Shown here: positions 1 through 11,349 of the stretch, piece after piece
Layout: every line of letters starts with the position of its first letter
How positions within the stretch are numbered: the first letter of the stretch is position 1
NCBI RefSeq assembly: GCF_006345805.1
Contig: NW_021831935.1
Coordinates: 1-41,132, forward strand
DNA: 41,132 nt
Reading direction: 5' to 3'
Source of the DNA: Octopus sinensis
Lineage: Eukaryota
Program-made: the position numbers and the translations under genes
Notes under the pieces: generated by a model
Database searches by the model: none
The model's input: only the letters and a program-made list of their open reading frames with translations
What the model was told of the DNA's origin: nothing

Positions 1-125
1 ACACACGTACATACATGCATGCATACATACACACACGTACATACATACATACACAGACGCATGTATGTATACATATATATATATATACACACATACACAA
101 AACATATATACTTTCATATACACAT
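1..125. repeat. Compound (TACA)/(CA)/(TA) microsatellite
   Basis: Direct reading; explains the His/Tyr/Ile-rich ORF at 19..243. Confidence 0.9.
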
Positions 126-129
126 ACCT

Positions 130-1375
130 AAACACAAAACAAAGGGGCAGCGGGTTAACATCAATCCAGATTGCCTGTCAATGTCACATCGTATCCCTTG
201 GGCAACATTTTGTAACCAGCAAGAGTCGAAGTGCATCCCTTGACCCAGTTTGCACATATGAGGCTGATAACATCATAGGACTTGGAAGGCAGCTCTTTGA
301 GCAACATTCCTTGTCCGATAACCTTAAATACATGTCCAAAGAAGTCGCACGACTCTACTGCAATCTATCATCACATGAATGGATGAGCTGATATGAGCAG
401 AAGACATTGCGTGGATAAGTTAGTAGAAAGCTCCAAGATAAGGTGACAGTAACGTTGATCCACAAAGCAATCTATCATGGACCAGTGGCGGAATTACTAG
501 CTTCCACTTCGCAGGGTATGTGATTGCAATCCACGAACAGGAAATATCAACCAAATGCCTGATACACAAAAGGGAAAGAGATGCAGGGAAAGCAGTAAAA
601 TGACAACCGATGCCGACTTCGTAGAGTAAACACCGAAGATATCAACCACATCATAAGCAGTTGTCCAAAAATGTCATCACAGTATTATCGACTGTTGAGA
701 AATGATGTTGTATCTAGGACACCCGATAATAAAAATCCGTCAGAAGTATAACCCCGAGGAGAAAGAAGAACCCACACTATGGTAGAAGCCATAGCCACTC
801 ATAATAAAAATGAGTACTAGTGGAATGTTTCAGTGAATACCTTAATAAAATGTAAGAAGAACGGACCTGATATAAGGATCTGGGATAGAAAAGGGAAACC
901 AAACAGTTGTGGAAATTAGCTGCTCAGTGGATGTTAACATAAAGCTGAAGATCAGTGAAAATGAGAACGCCTATACTGGAGTATTGAGAAATCTGCAGTT
1001 TCTTTATCCAGATTACAAATTCAGGTTTATACCTGTAAATATTGGGTCCCTAGGATATGAAACACACTGTCTAAATACCAATTTTGAGAAATTCGGCTTC
1101 TCAACAGCAGAAAAGAGAAAGCGGATTCGAAGAGAATAGATCCAGTCCATCACTGGAACTGTAAGAATCTGTAAACTTTCCAGAAGTTTAACATTTAAAT
1201 ATATATCAGCATGTGATGATATACAACTATATGCTTGAGAATACATACATAAAACATACAAATCTGTACACATATACATACAAAAATACTCTTTTGCTGA
1301 TGTTGAACTTCCTATGAAAGAACCTTGGATCTAGGTTAGAAACCGGCGCTTTCCCTATTGGCAAGACATCAAGAA
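130..1375 (+). mobile_element. Decayed 3' part of an RLE-type non-LTR retrotransposon (R4/Dong- or NeSL-like): CCHC finger remnant and restriction-like endonuclease
   Basis: Frameshifted translation gives FAGYVIAIHEQEISTK, a C-x2-C...H-x4-C remnant near 610-670, then WNVSVNTLIKCKKNGPDIRIWDR and EISCSVDVNI...RFIPVNIGSLGY (ORF 909..1139), the PD..E-type RLE signature. Confidence 0.75.
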
Positions 1376-2309
1376 ATAATATCATGGAATATATATACGT
1401 TGCCATACTCAGTGCCCCGATCCATCATTCAGTGAGATATCCAAGTGCTAGATTTCTTCTATTGAATATCTTTAGAGCAGAACAAAAAAGATTTCTTTGA
1501 TATTTGACAAAACTGCAAACATCATTTTTGCAAAATCAATAACGTTTCTAAAATTTTTAAATTTTATTTATAGCATTTATGTTTCACTTTGTTTAGGGAT
1601 AAACATTTATTGTATTCAAATCAAAATTAAAAGTAATTTTTTGTTTTTCGGATTTTAAGATTTTTCTTTGAAGTTCTTTAAAGTTTTAATGTAAAATACG
1701 ATAATTCCACAGAAATATTTCTTTATTTAACAAATTATAACCTAGATTATTGCTTAAAATACTGTATTTATATGTAATCTATAAAAATATATCAAATATA
1801 TAGTCTCTTCAAATTTAATATGATGTTTCAGTCATATAATGTCATGCTATAACTTATAGAAGTCGAAATTTTACAACATTAAAATTAAGTTTATCAAATC
1901 GCATAACCAAGTTGTTAAAGACTTTCTAGCCATGGCCTTCTCATATGTATCCATTATCTAATATGTTTAATTCACGCAGTTATTTGGAGACACCATCGTT
2001 GGTTTGTAATAAAGTTTGTTATAATTCCAGACAATGTTCAATAATTCTCTGACAAATAATATCCGAGATAGAGAGAAAACATATTTCGTGCATTCCACAT
2101 TAAAATGTTGATGTAGGATAAAAGTGTGGTGAGAGAAAAATATATATCTTGTCATGAAATTGTTTGATATTTAAACAGTTCTTGTTTATTTCAACATATA
2201 TATACAAATTATATTTCCAGAACAATTACATTTATATTCAAAGTTTAATATAAAAATGAAAATCAGTTTTAAAATTTCGTTGATTGAAAGAAGGAAGATG
2301 TCGTTGCAA

Positions 2310-2425
2310 TGTCGGACACAATAACTTGTAGCATTTATTCTCTCTGTACGATCTGAGATCAAATCCTGGTGCGGCCAACAATGCTTTCTTTTATCTTTCA
2401 GGGTGTTGATAAATAGAATAATAAT
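2310..2425 (+). mobile_element. Old, diverged SINE-A-like remnant
   Basis: B-box-like GAGATCAAATCC followed by GCTTTCTTTTATCTTTCAGGGTGTTGATAAATAG, a degenerate match to the SINE-A body at 3570-3801. Confidence 0.45.
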
Positions 2426-3121
2426 CTAAGGGGGTGAACTTATGGAATATCTAGACATTGGCCAAGATGCCTCTCAGCATTTAATCTCTTTTTCATTGGT
2501 GTTCTGAGTTCAAATCCCGCTGGGGCCTACCCGTGTAGTAAACTTAACCTAACCCTTATTCTAACACTACCACTTGGCCCTTGGGGGTCACTTTAGCAGA
2601 GAATTTCTCTGTGGTATGTATCCATGTTAGGTATTTTGTGTTGAGGCTATCTTCCACCCACCCATCATTCAGAGACACTGAGGAAAAAAGTTGGTTCACA
2701 GGCAGGACCCTTCTCACCCTCTCTAAGTGTATAAAATAATGAAGTTTAGGAAGAAGAACCGATTAATTTTACTGACATAAAATAGATTTACAAACTTTAA
2801 ATTTCACTTTATTAATAGAAATCCTCTGTAAACTACCAAAAATAATGTATTATCAGATGAAGATTTTCATTCCTTTAGTTTCCCTTAAAGAGTTTTTTCA
2901 TAGTGATAACCAAACTATGTTTTAGATTTCGGAAATGTAAATAAAAAAGTTTTACTTGTGACACTGTAAAATATTTTCCCACTTTTTAGTCGATAAAACA
3001 CAAAACTAATTCCAATATAAAAGTATATTTATGTTTGAAATAGTTATAATGAATGTTTTTACAAGGTAAATGTGTTAGGAAATTGTATGTTAATTATAAG
3101 AAACATGACAGTAATATTTAC

Positions 3122-3214
3122 CAGTAATCAGGTTTCAATTTCAGTCTGAAGTTCTTCTGTCTCAGGAGAGAGTCCCGTCTTTGCAAATCCAGTTCTTTAA
3201 CTAGGCAAAAGCTT
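3122..3214 (-). CDS. Candidate internal exon (93 nt, symmetrical phase 2) of an unidentified host gene: SFCLVKELDLQRRDSLLRQKNFRLKLKPDY
   Basis: Minus strand ttcacAG|A...TG|GTaaat; length divisible by 3; only one of three frames is open; lies in repeat-poor AT-rich DNA. Protein not recognised. Confidence 0.3.
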
Positions 3215-3569
3215 CTGTGAAGTTTATTATATACTATACACGGATGGCGATTATGTCCTCATGTATGTGTTTCTATGTTTTAGTGTGTGTACGTGTGTTT
3301 GGGTGTTTATGCTGTAGTATGTATATGTTGTGTATGTGTGTGTGTGTGTGTGTGTGTGTTAGTCGTTTACATAAGGAAACTAATCTCACAAACTGAATGT
3401 TATATTTCTCTCCCCACCCCCCAATTACACTTTCTCTCTTTCTCTCTCAGATGACGTCAACTCCATCGCCGTCACCTCCACCTTCACCTCTTAAATTGAC
3501 CTCTTTCTCTACAAACAACATTCAGCGCTTCTCATGAATGCTTTTTGAGGCGTTTTGCTTCCTACAGAA

Positions 3570-3801
3570 GGCGACGAGCTGGCAGAAACGTTAGCACGCC
3601 GGGAGAAATTCGTAGCCGTATTTCGTTTGCCGTTACGTTCTGAGTTCAAATTCCGCCGAGGTCGACTTTGCCTTTCATCCTTTCGGGGTCGATAAATTAA
3701 GTACCAGTTACGCACTGGAGTCGATGTAATCGACTTAATCCCTTTGTCTGTCCTTGTTTGTCCCCTCTGTATTTAGCCCCTTGTGGGTAGTAAAGAAATA
3801 G
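3570..3801 (+). mobile_element. tRNA-derived SINE, family A, monomer
   Basis: A-box-like GAGCTGGCAGAAACG, B-box GAGTTCAAATTCC, body GGTCGACTTTGCCTTTCATCCTTTCGGGGTCGATAAATTAAGTACCAG (resembles from memory the Sauria/MetaSINE central domain); multiple copies in the window. Confidence 0.85.
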
Positions 3802-3809
3802 ATATACCG

Positions 3810-5761
3810 TAGACCTGACAAATAGGGAGCAGATGCTCTGAAACTGACGCTCCCATCAGAGGCAATTGAAGCAGCGGAGAGAAGAACGGTGCTTTTCAGA
3901 TGCAGCACAGCAGGCACGAAAAGAGCGGCGTTGTCCAAGTAGACATAGCGAGGGGCAAGCAATACGGCACCGTTTCGGTGCAGTTTAAATCAGAAGCCCT
4001 CGCTATGAAACATTCAATGACCCTCTGCAAAACCAGCAAAGTCATCAAGTGCCCCACCCACATGGGGAAACGTACAGTCCGCGTCCGCATTCCTAGAATA
4101 CCCCCAGGACTAGATCATTGATGGCTTCTCGGATACGTAATCGTGGCGGGGACGGATATTGTCCCTATAGAGGCGATAAGAACTGCGAGGGAGAACTGGT
4201 CGATTGACCTGGAGATGCTTCTCCAGATCAAAACCGAAAACATAAAAAAAAACCCGGATGACATCCGTCTCTAGAATGGGACAGTAATACATACCATGAC
4301 TGAGGGCAAAATGCCTCATTGTGTAGAAAGGACTTATTTGGCTGCTCGCTGCCCCCTACAGCCTCCATTGATGCCTATGCCGGGAGGAGAACCACAAACA
4401 TCACCAGCACCGGCAAAATCAACAGCAACAACACCAAAGACATTAACCACCCTAAGGGGAAACAAGGAAAGCTCTCCCTCATCACACAAAACAGAAATAC
4501 ACACATAAACATGATTATAAACATACACACTAACACACTTACAGCAACAGCCCCTTAGCCTTCCAGTGGCGAAGATGAAGGAAAACCGAAAGGTCCAAAA
4601 AAAAAAATAATAAATAAAGCAAAGTACAAAAGAAAACCTCCAGACACCATAACAACATACACAATAAAAACTACAAACACCACCCACGCAAACATCTCTC
4701 CGAAAACACCAACACAACCAGCACAATCATTTTCACCAGAATCCCCCAAACGCAAACGACCAAAACAGCAACAGACACTCACACAAACATCTACAACTGC
4801 AGGAACAGAAGCAACAACACCGTCACCACTGCAATCAAGCAAACAAATTAAACAACACCAACACAAAACACCCAATCATCAGAAGGGACAACGAGGAACT
4901 GAGGGCACTCGTAACACAAAACACGGAATTTGAAAGAGGAGAGGGTGATCATTGAATCGAACACGTTTCGTGTACCAGCTCTCTCAAATTTTTGTGCTGG
5001 AGTCGTGCGACATTCGCACCAGAAGTGAATCTGGTTTAGATGTTTGTGTGAGAGTCTGTTGCTCTTTAGGTTGTTTGCCTTTGGGGGATTCTGGTGAAGG
5101 TGATTGTGTTGGTTGTGTTGGCCTCCATGTTCGATGACTATCAGATTCGGAGGACGTAGGAACCGCTAACATAAGACCCACATCGAGGCTCTTAAAGGAG
5201 TTCCCTAAAGAATGGAATTCGAACCACCCGACCTTCACAAGACACTGGGAAGTAAGTAAACCTTTTCCTTTCTTTCTTTAGCTTGCCAACATGGCCATAC
5301 CATAAGGAGTATCTTTAAATGTGCGAGGCCTGGGGACACCCTGGAAGGAGGGACAACTGCTCAACGACTTCAGGTCTGTAGAACTGGATATAATTGCTGT
5401 CAGTGAAACAAGATTTCCAATACACACACAGTGGTGGCCTCCATGTTCGATGACTATCAGACCTTTGCATCTGTTAGTCGGACGGGAATGGGAAGTGAAG
5501 AGGCAGTACTGTTTAGGAAAGAACTGGATCTCGAGGTAAAGTCGATCTTCCGGGACCCCAACGGGAAGTTGGTGGTCCTGGACGTGAGCAACAGGGAAGA
5601 TAAGGTCTTTTGACTGGCGGCCATCTACGCTCCTACCAGGGCTAAACAGCCAGATTTCTTTGGGCGTCTGGAAGCCTGTAACGGAATCTAGGATCAAAGC
5701 TGGGATTGTGTGCGAATAGCTTCCAAATAGGAAAGCGTTGTTCTAGAAAGAGCAGTAGAAA
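3810..5761 (+). mobile_element. Decayed and rearranged Tx1/L1-like LINE: ORF1 plus N-terminal APE endonuclease of ORF2, 3'-truncated
   Basis: ORF1 remnants (GTVSVQFKSEALA; knuckle remnant PHC...LAARCP; Thr/Pro/Gln-rich tail). ORF2 start MAIP*GVSLNVRGL...LDIIAVSETR...LVVLDV...LAAIYAPT, which are L1/Tx1-type APE motifs. Confidence 0.75.
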
Positions 5762-5845
5762 TCTCAAAAACCACAAAAAAAGGGTAAATTTGTGTTTTTT
5801 GTGCTTTCTACTGCTCTTTCTAGCACAACGCTTTCCTATTTGGAA
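5721..5845. repeat. 41-bp inverted repeat (1 mismatch) with a 43-nt spacer
   Basis: 5721-5761 TTCCAAATAGGAAAGCGTTGTTCTAGAAAGAGCAGTAGAAA is the reverse complement of 5805-5845. Confidence 0.9.
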
Positions 5846-5865
5846 TCCTCTAATTGTATTTCTAA

Positions 5866-5889
5866 TTTAATTTATATATTTATATATAC

Positions 5890-5971
<82 letters not shown>

Positions 5972-6005
5972 TATATATATAATATATATATATATGTCTA
6001 AATAT
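5866..6005. repeat. (TA)n microsatellite
   Basis: Direct reading. Confidence 0.95.
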
Positions 6006-6226
6006 ATAGAGTGGTTGTATACTGCCAACTTAACGGGACAGCACCACTGTTTAGCCCTAGGAAGCATCGACGCTTCATGTCGACCTTGACACATTTCCTG
6101 TATCCTTATATATTTACGATCTGTCAAGGTCGACAGGAAGCGTCGATGCTTCCTAGGGCTAAATAGCGGTATTGTAATTCCCTTACGGGACTGTCACGTT
6201 AAGTTAACAGTATACAACCACACTAT
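6006..6226. mobile_element. Fold-back MITE-like element (about 221 bp), almost fully self-complementary
   Basis: Outer arms ATAGAGTGGTTGTATACTGCCAACTTAACG (6006-6035) and CGTTAAGTTAACAGTATACAACCACACTAT (6197-6226); inner 42-bp arms 6050-6091 and 6122-6163 with 1 mismatch; no coding capacity. Confidence 0.7.
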
Positions 6227-6277
6227 CGCTCCACCACTGCATATATCTCTATGAGATATTTAGAAATTTAATATTTC

Positions 6278-6317
<40 letters not shown>

Positions 6318-6760
6318 TATATACATATATATACAAGCATATATATATATATATTTATATATATGTAAACGTTATAAATATATATTTATATGTATGTGTG
6401 TGTGTGCATACGCACACATATGTATATATTTATACATATATAACGGCGCCCTGGCATGATTACAGCTGACACTAGTTAAAGAGCTGTTATGCATATACAT
6501 GTGTTATACATATACACACCTAATTCAATTAAATACACACATATATACGCATGTATGTATATGTATTAATATGCATCCTTATCCTTATGTTAGAACATTC
6601 ACACAAACAAGAGACAAGATACAAAAGCAGAATGAAACACTCCCAGCAACATTCCAATGAGAGGATGGATTGGTTGATAATGTTGATGTCCTACTTAAGG
6701 GAAATGTCTAGTTCCATAAACGAGGTCAACCGGATTATTGTTATCATTAGACTCTTTTAA

Positions 6761-6957
6761 GGCAGACTCGTTAGTACTCCGGGCGAAACGCTCACCAGTA
6801 TATCGCCCGTCACTACGTTCTGAGTTCAAATCCTACCGTGGTCGTCTTCGCTTTTCATCCGTTCGGGGGTCGATAAAATAAGTACCAGTGAAACACTGGG
6901 GGCGATGTAATCGACCAGTGCCCTGCCCACAAAGTTCCAGGCCTTGTGCCTATAGCA
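6761..6957 (+). mobile_element. Diverged SINE-A-related copy with a different 3' end
   Basis: GGCAGACTCGTTAG...GAGTTCAAATCC...TTTTCATCCGTTCGGGGGTCGATAAAATAAGTACCAGTG. Confidence 0.7.
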
Positions 6958-6964
6958 GACTCAT

Positions 6965-7150
6965 GATCGTAAGATTGTGGTTTCAATTCCAGGTCCGTGA
7001 GTTTCGTTGTGTCTTCGAGCTAAGCACTTCAGTTCCCATTGCTCCAGACTCCAGTCCACTCAGCCAGCAAATGTGGGTCATCCTGTGACAGGCCGACGCT
7101 CCGTCCAGGGGTGGGGATATATGTATCATAAAAACCGGGAAACTGGGAAA
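6965..7150 (+). mobile_element. Diverged SINE family D copy (tRNA head, CORE-like body, CTCCAGTCCACTCAGC motif)
   Basis: Shares GATCGTAAG...TTCAATTCC and CTCCAGTCCACTCAGC with 14752-15058 (minus) and 11590-11815. Confidence 0.55.
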
Positions 7151-7234
7151 CCAACACCCACGAGTCTATATGATACGAGAAGGGTCTTTAACCATTATAC
7201 CCTATTATATTCTTTATTGCATTATGTGTTTCAA

Positions 7235-7700
7235 CCCCAAATCTGTGGCCATGCTGGGGCTGTGCCAGTGTCATCACCTTTGCAAAGGCCATTCTCACGT
7301 GATTGGTTTCATCTGGAGTCTGAAGGCCAAGGTGATTCTTAAAAACATCTACAGCCCCTTCATGTATATCTCTTAGGGGTTCTAGCAAGATCTTAAATAG
7401 CCGTGATTTTTAGAATCCTAAGCTGTTGCGGCGGCTGATAGTTACTCTAAACTGGATCAATGGGACCTTGGGAACAGCGCAGTGGTTTCCTGTTTGGGAG
7501 CTGGTACCAAGTGAGGTTGTGGAACCACTGGCAGAATATCCGAGAATGTATGTTTCCAATGCGGTAGATGCAGTGGAGCAGGTCATATGCGCACAGCAGA
7601 AATTGAGTCCCTTAAATGTTTGGCTGGCTCATTAGAAGGTGTTGATCGGTTTTGCTACGAAAGAATTGTAAAATAAACGAGGCCCAGTATATACCCATGA
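7235..7700 (-). mobile_element. Decayed 3' fragment of a CR1-like LINE related to 24372-28451
   Basis: Minus translation GNHCAVPKVP...RRNSLGF...LEPLRDIHEGAVDVFKNHL parallels GRHCVEPRTP...DSLGFRGPQLFNILPKNLRDLHGVDADVFKMKL; tail motif CCCCAGCATGGCCACAG near 7245-7262. Confidence 0.75.
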
Positions 7701-7784
7701 TGACTACCCGTCTGATAAGGGTACACCAGGCACATGCATCACAACCATATGTACGCGACATGGTTATCTCATATCAAGATAAAG

Positions 7785-8520
7785 AAGAGAGAGAGGAGAA
7801 GGAGAAGGGGAGGGGAGGAGGTGGAGTAGAAGAAGAAGGATGATGTGAGGAAGGGAGAAGGAGGTGGAGGAATGAGGAAGGATGAGGAGGAGGGGGATGA
7901 GGAGGAGAAGTAGGAGAGGAGGAGGGGAATGAGGAGGAGAGGGTAGGAGAAGAAGTAGGACGGGATGAGGAGGAGGGGGAAAGAGGAGGAGGGGGAAAGA
8001 GGAGGAGGGGGAGGAGAAGAAGTAGGACGGGATGAGGAGGAGGGGGAATGAGGAGGAGGGGGGATGAAGATGAGAATATGAGGAAGAGGGAAGGAGGAGG
8101 AAGAGGTGAAGAATGGGAAGGGAGGGGAGGGGAAGAAAAAGACGAAGAAGAAAGATGAGGTGGGGAAGGGAGGAGAAGGGGAGGAGAAGGATGAGGAGGA
8201 GAGGTCAGGAGGGGAGAGGGGAGTATGAGAGGTAGGAGGGGATGAGGAGGATGGGGAATGAGGAGAAGAGGGGATGAGGAGAAGTACGAGGGGATGAGGA
8301 GGAGGGGAGAGGAAGAGCGGGAAAAGGTGAAGTAGGAGGGGAGGGGAAGAGCGGGAAAATGTGAAGTAGGAGGGGATAAGAAGGAGGAGGAGGAGAAGTA
8401 GGAACGGATGAGGAGGAGGGGAGGAGAAGTAGGAACGGATGAGGAGGAGGAGGAGGATGAGAAGAAGAAGAAGAAGAAAGGTGAGAGAAAGGCGTTGAGT
8501 GCAGAGGAGAGGAGAAGATT
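7785..8520. repeat. Polypurine low-complexity tract built from GGA/GAG/GAT units
   Basis: Repeating GGATGAGGAGGAGGGGGAA and GAAGTAGGA units; source of the Pro/Ser/Leu-rich minus-strand ORFs. Confidence 0.9.
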
Positions 8521-8679
8521 GGAAAGGAATGAAGCGAGCATGTTTCTTTGTTGCGGATGCAATGTAAGCATGCGCGAACGTCACAGTGCAAATGTACTGA
8601 GAGAGAGAGAGAGAGACAAGGAATAAGAGGAATTAGATGTTGTGTTCAAGAGAGGAGGCTGCGCTTGAGGATCCTTTTA

Positions 8680-8790
8680 TCAATGAATCCATCATTTTGA
8701 GATTTGGTTTGCAAGATTCTTTATGTGAGTTCGTGTGTTGAAGCATATTCTGTTGTGTCTGAGGAGAGTCATTTTCTTTTAGTGCTGTAT
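8680..8790 (+). repeat. Short interspersed repeat, second partial copy at about 11985-12035
   Basis: ATTCTGTTGTGTCTG(A/G)(G/T)GAGAGTCATTTTCTTTT occurs at both sites. Confidence 0.6.
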
Positions 8791-8834
8791 AATTTAACAC
8801 ACTCACATACACCCATATACATACGTTTGTGTAC

Positions 8835-9055
8835 GTTTGTGTCCGTGTTTGTCGCCCACAACCACTTGGCAGCCGCTGTTGGGTCGGTTACATCCCCGTA
8901 TATTAGCATTTCATCAATAGAGAAATCTATAGAATAAGTTACTAGGCTTAAAAAATAACACTTGGGGATGATTTGTTCGACTAAATCCATTGAAGGCGGT
9001 ACTCCAGTATGGCCGCAGTCAAATGTCTGAAACAGGTAACAGAATAAAAGAATAT
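8835..9055 (+). mobile_element. SINE family B, 3' half, diverged
   Basis: GTTTGTCGCCC...GAATAAGT...GGCGGTACTCCAGTATGGCCGCAGTCAAATGTCTGAAACAGG matches the SINE-B tail. Confidence 0.8.
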
Positions 9056-9092
9056 ACATATATATATGTATATCTATCTATCTATCTATCTA

Positions 9093-9139
<47 letters not shown>

Positions 9140-9428
9140 CTCATTACTTATATTTAATTTAACTTTTACATACTTTTTGGTTATTTATTTAAAAAAAAAT
9201 TTTTAAGTTTCATAATTTAAATTTTAAAAATATAAAAATTTAAAAATATAAATTAAAAAATTTTAAATTTTAATTTGAATTTAAAATTTTATATTTTATA
9301 TATATATTATATATTATATTACTTATATTTATTTTTTTATTTTTTATGGTTTGGTTTATGTCTATATATATACATATATACATATATGTATACATACATA
9401 TATGCATATATTTATATATATATATATA

Positions 9429-10512
9429 GTCCCACTCCTGAACTATATGGTCGTTATATTGACGACATTATCGGTGCCACCTCACTCTCCCGCGAACATC
9501 TAGATTCCTTCCTCTCTTTCGTCCAATCTTTCCATCCAGCCCTCCACTTCACTTCCACTATCTCCAACACCTCTGTCTCCTTCCTCGACATTTCGGTTAG
9601 CATTCTTCACTCCACTCTTACCACCTCCATTCACTACAAACACACAGACTCACACTCATACCTCAACTTCTCTTCCTCCCACCCAGAACACACCAAGCTT
9701 TCCATCCCCTATTCCCAATCCTCCGTCTACGTAGGCTCTGTAGTGACGACCATGACTTTGAGACTCAGTCTCAACGTATGGCTCACCACTTCACCCTACG
9801 TGGATACCCCCTCACCACTATCCACACCGCCCTTGCCAGAGCACGGTCCGTGGACCGTGTATCTGCTCTCTCTCCCCGAACCCGCCCTGTAGTCTCCCGC
9901 CTCCCTTTTCCCCTCACTTACCACCCCACGACCCTACGTCTCCAACGCACCATTCTTCGAGCTTTCCGTCATCTCCAGTCCGACCCGTCCACTTCACACC
10001 TCTTCCCTAACCGACCCCTCCCCTCTTTCAAACGAGCCCACAACCTTCGAGACCTTTTGGTACATAGCTCCTTCCCTGACCCTACCTCCCAACCCGGCTC
10101 GTTCCCCTGCTCCCGCCCACGTTGCCGCACTTGCCCTTACCTCTCCAACACCACCCGCCTCACTAGCACCCACCATCGACCCTATCCCATCATCCACTCC
10201 TTCACCTGCACCTCCAGCAATATTATCTATTGCATCTCTTGCTCTCTCTGCAATTCCTTGTACATCGGACAAACGGGACGCCGCTTGGCTGACCGGTTCG
10301 CGGAACACCTTCGTGACATCCACCTTGCGAACGACACACCGGTCTCACGCCATTTCCGCTCCACCGGTCACTCCTTGCAACACCTATCTGTGTTCGGTTT
10401 GTCCTTACACAGAGGCCATCCGGATTCCCGTTTGCGCTGTGAACAGGAATTAATCTTCTCTCTTCGCTCTTATACGCCATTTGGTCTCAACTCTCCCCCC
10501 CTCCTCATCTAA
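9429..10512 (+). pseudogene. Penelope-like RT-EN reading frame broken by one frameshift near 9719
   Basis: Adding one T in CAA-TCC-TCC restores YSQ-FLRLRRLCSDD and joins ORF 9275..9892 to ORF 9778..10512. Confidence 0.85.
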
Positions 10513-10848
10513 CCCCCCTCTCCCACCTCCTCACCTATCCTTTCTCCCCCCGACCCCTACTTCTTCAGTCCTTCATCCTTTCACCCCTACTCGCCTTCCC
10601 TTCTTCCCTCTTTCTCCCTCCCTCTTCCCCTTCCCTCTGCTCCCTCACTCCCTCTGCTCCCCCTCTCCCTCTTTCCTCCTTCATCCCCCTCCTCCCCTTC
10701 CTTCTCCCCCTTCCTCTCCTCTTCCCCCTTCTCCTCCCCCTCTTCTTCCCATCCCCTTCTCCCCCCCTTCTCTCCCCTCTTCTCCCCCTCCCCCTCTTTT
10801 CCTCACTACACCACATGACTTTACACATCACATCACATATGATGTGCC

Positions 10849-11165
10849 ATACTAATACACACACCAACTAATACATACTAATACGTACTAATACATACTA
10901 GTACATACTAATACTTACACCAACCCTATACATACACACGTCCAGACCCCGCATACGCACTTATACTCTCTCTCACACACACACACATACCTATACATAC
11001 CAATACGTACTAATACATACTAATACATACACCAACCCCATACATACGCATGTCCAGACCAATCTTACGCACTAATACTCTCTCATACACACACACACAC
11101 ACACACACACACCCTTATACATACTAATACATACACCAACCCTATACATACACACATCCAGACCC
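10849..11165 (+). repeat. Three-copy tandem repeat (period about 104-112 bp) plus CATACTAATA decamers in the Penelope 3' region
   Basis: CAACCC(T/C)ATACATAC...TCCAGACC starts at 10921, 11033 and 11137. Confidence 0.8.
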
Positions 11166-11349
11166 CTCCCACGCACTTTTAGCTGGTCCCTCAACCCATT
11201 TATCAACCCTATTATCTCCCCTTATTTCGCTCTCGTGTCTCATGTTTGATCTTTGACCTCTGGCCGAAATCAGATCGCCATGTTGATTCGTTAGCTACTG
11301 CACGCATTTTTTTTCTCTCCTTCTTTCTGTGTTTTTCTCTCTCTGTGTA

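Noticed and set aside
1297-1350. Hammerhead-like CTGATGT...AACCT/AGGTT-AGAAAC at the RLE LINE tail
   Set aside because: The core lacks A9, spacing is wrong, and there is no NUH or stem I; more likely an ordinary 3' stem-loop.
1950-2060. Acceptor-like site at about 2050 (minus) as the next exon after 3122-3214
   Set aside because: Joining would create an immediate TGA, and the other frames close quickly.
6551-6760. 69-aa ORF and a hydrophobic antisense frame
   Set aside because: No motif, no convincing splice sites, and a stop in the antisense frame.
7769-8591. Long Pro/Ser/Leu-rich minus-strand ORFs resembling extensin or mucin
   Set aside because: All three frames are open over a polypurine tract, which is typical of low-complexity DNA.
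11245-11278. GATCT...GGCCGAAATC-AGATC, a possible degenerate hammerhead
   Set aside because: No recognisable CUGANGA and no stem III.
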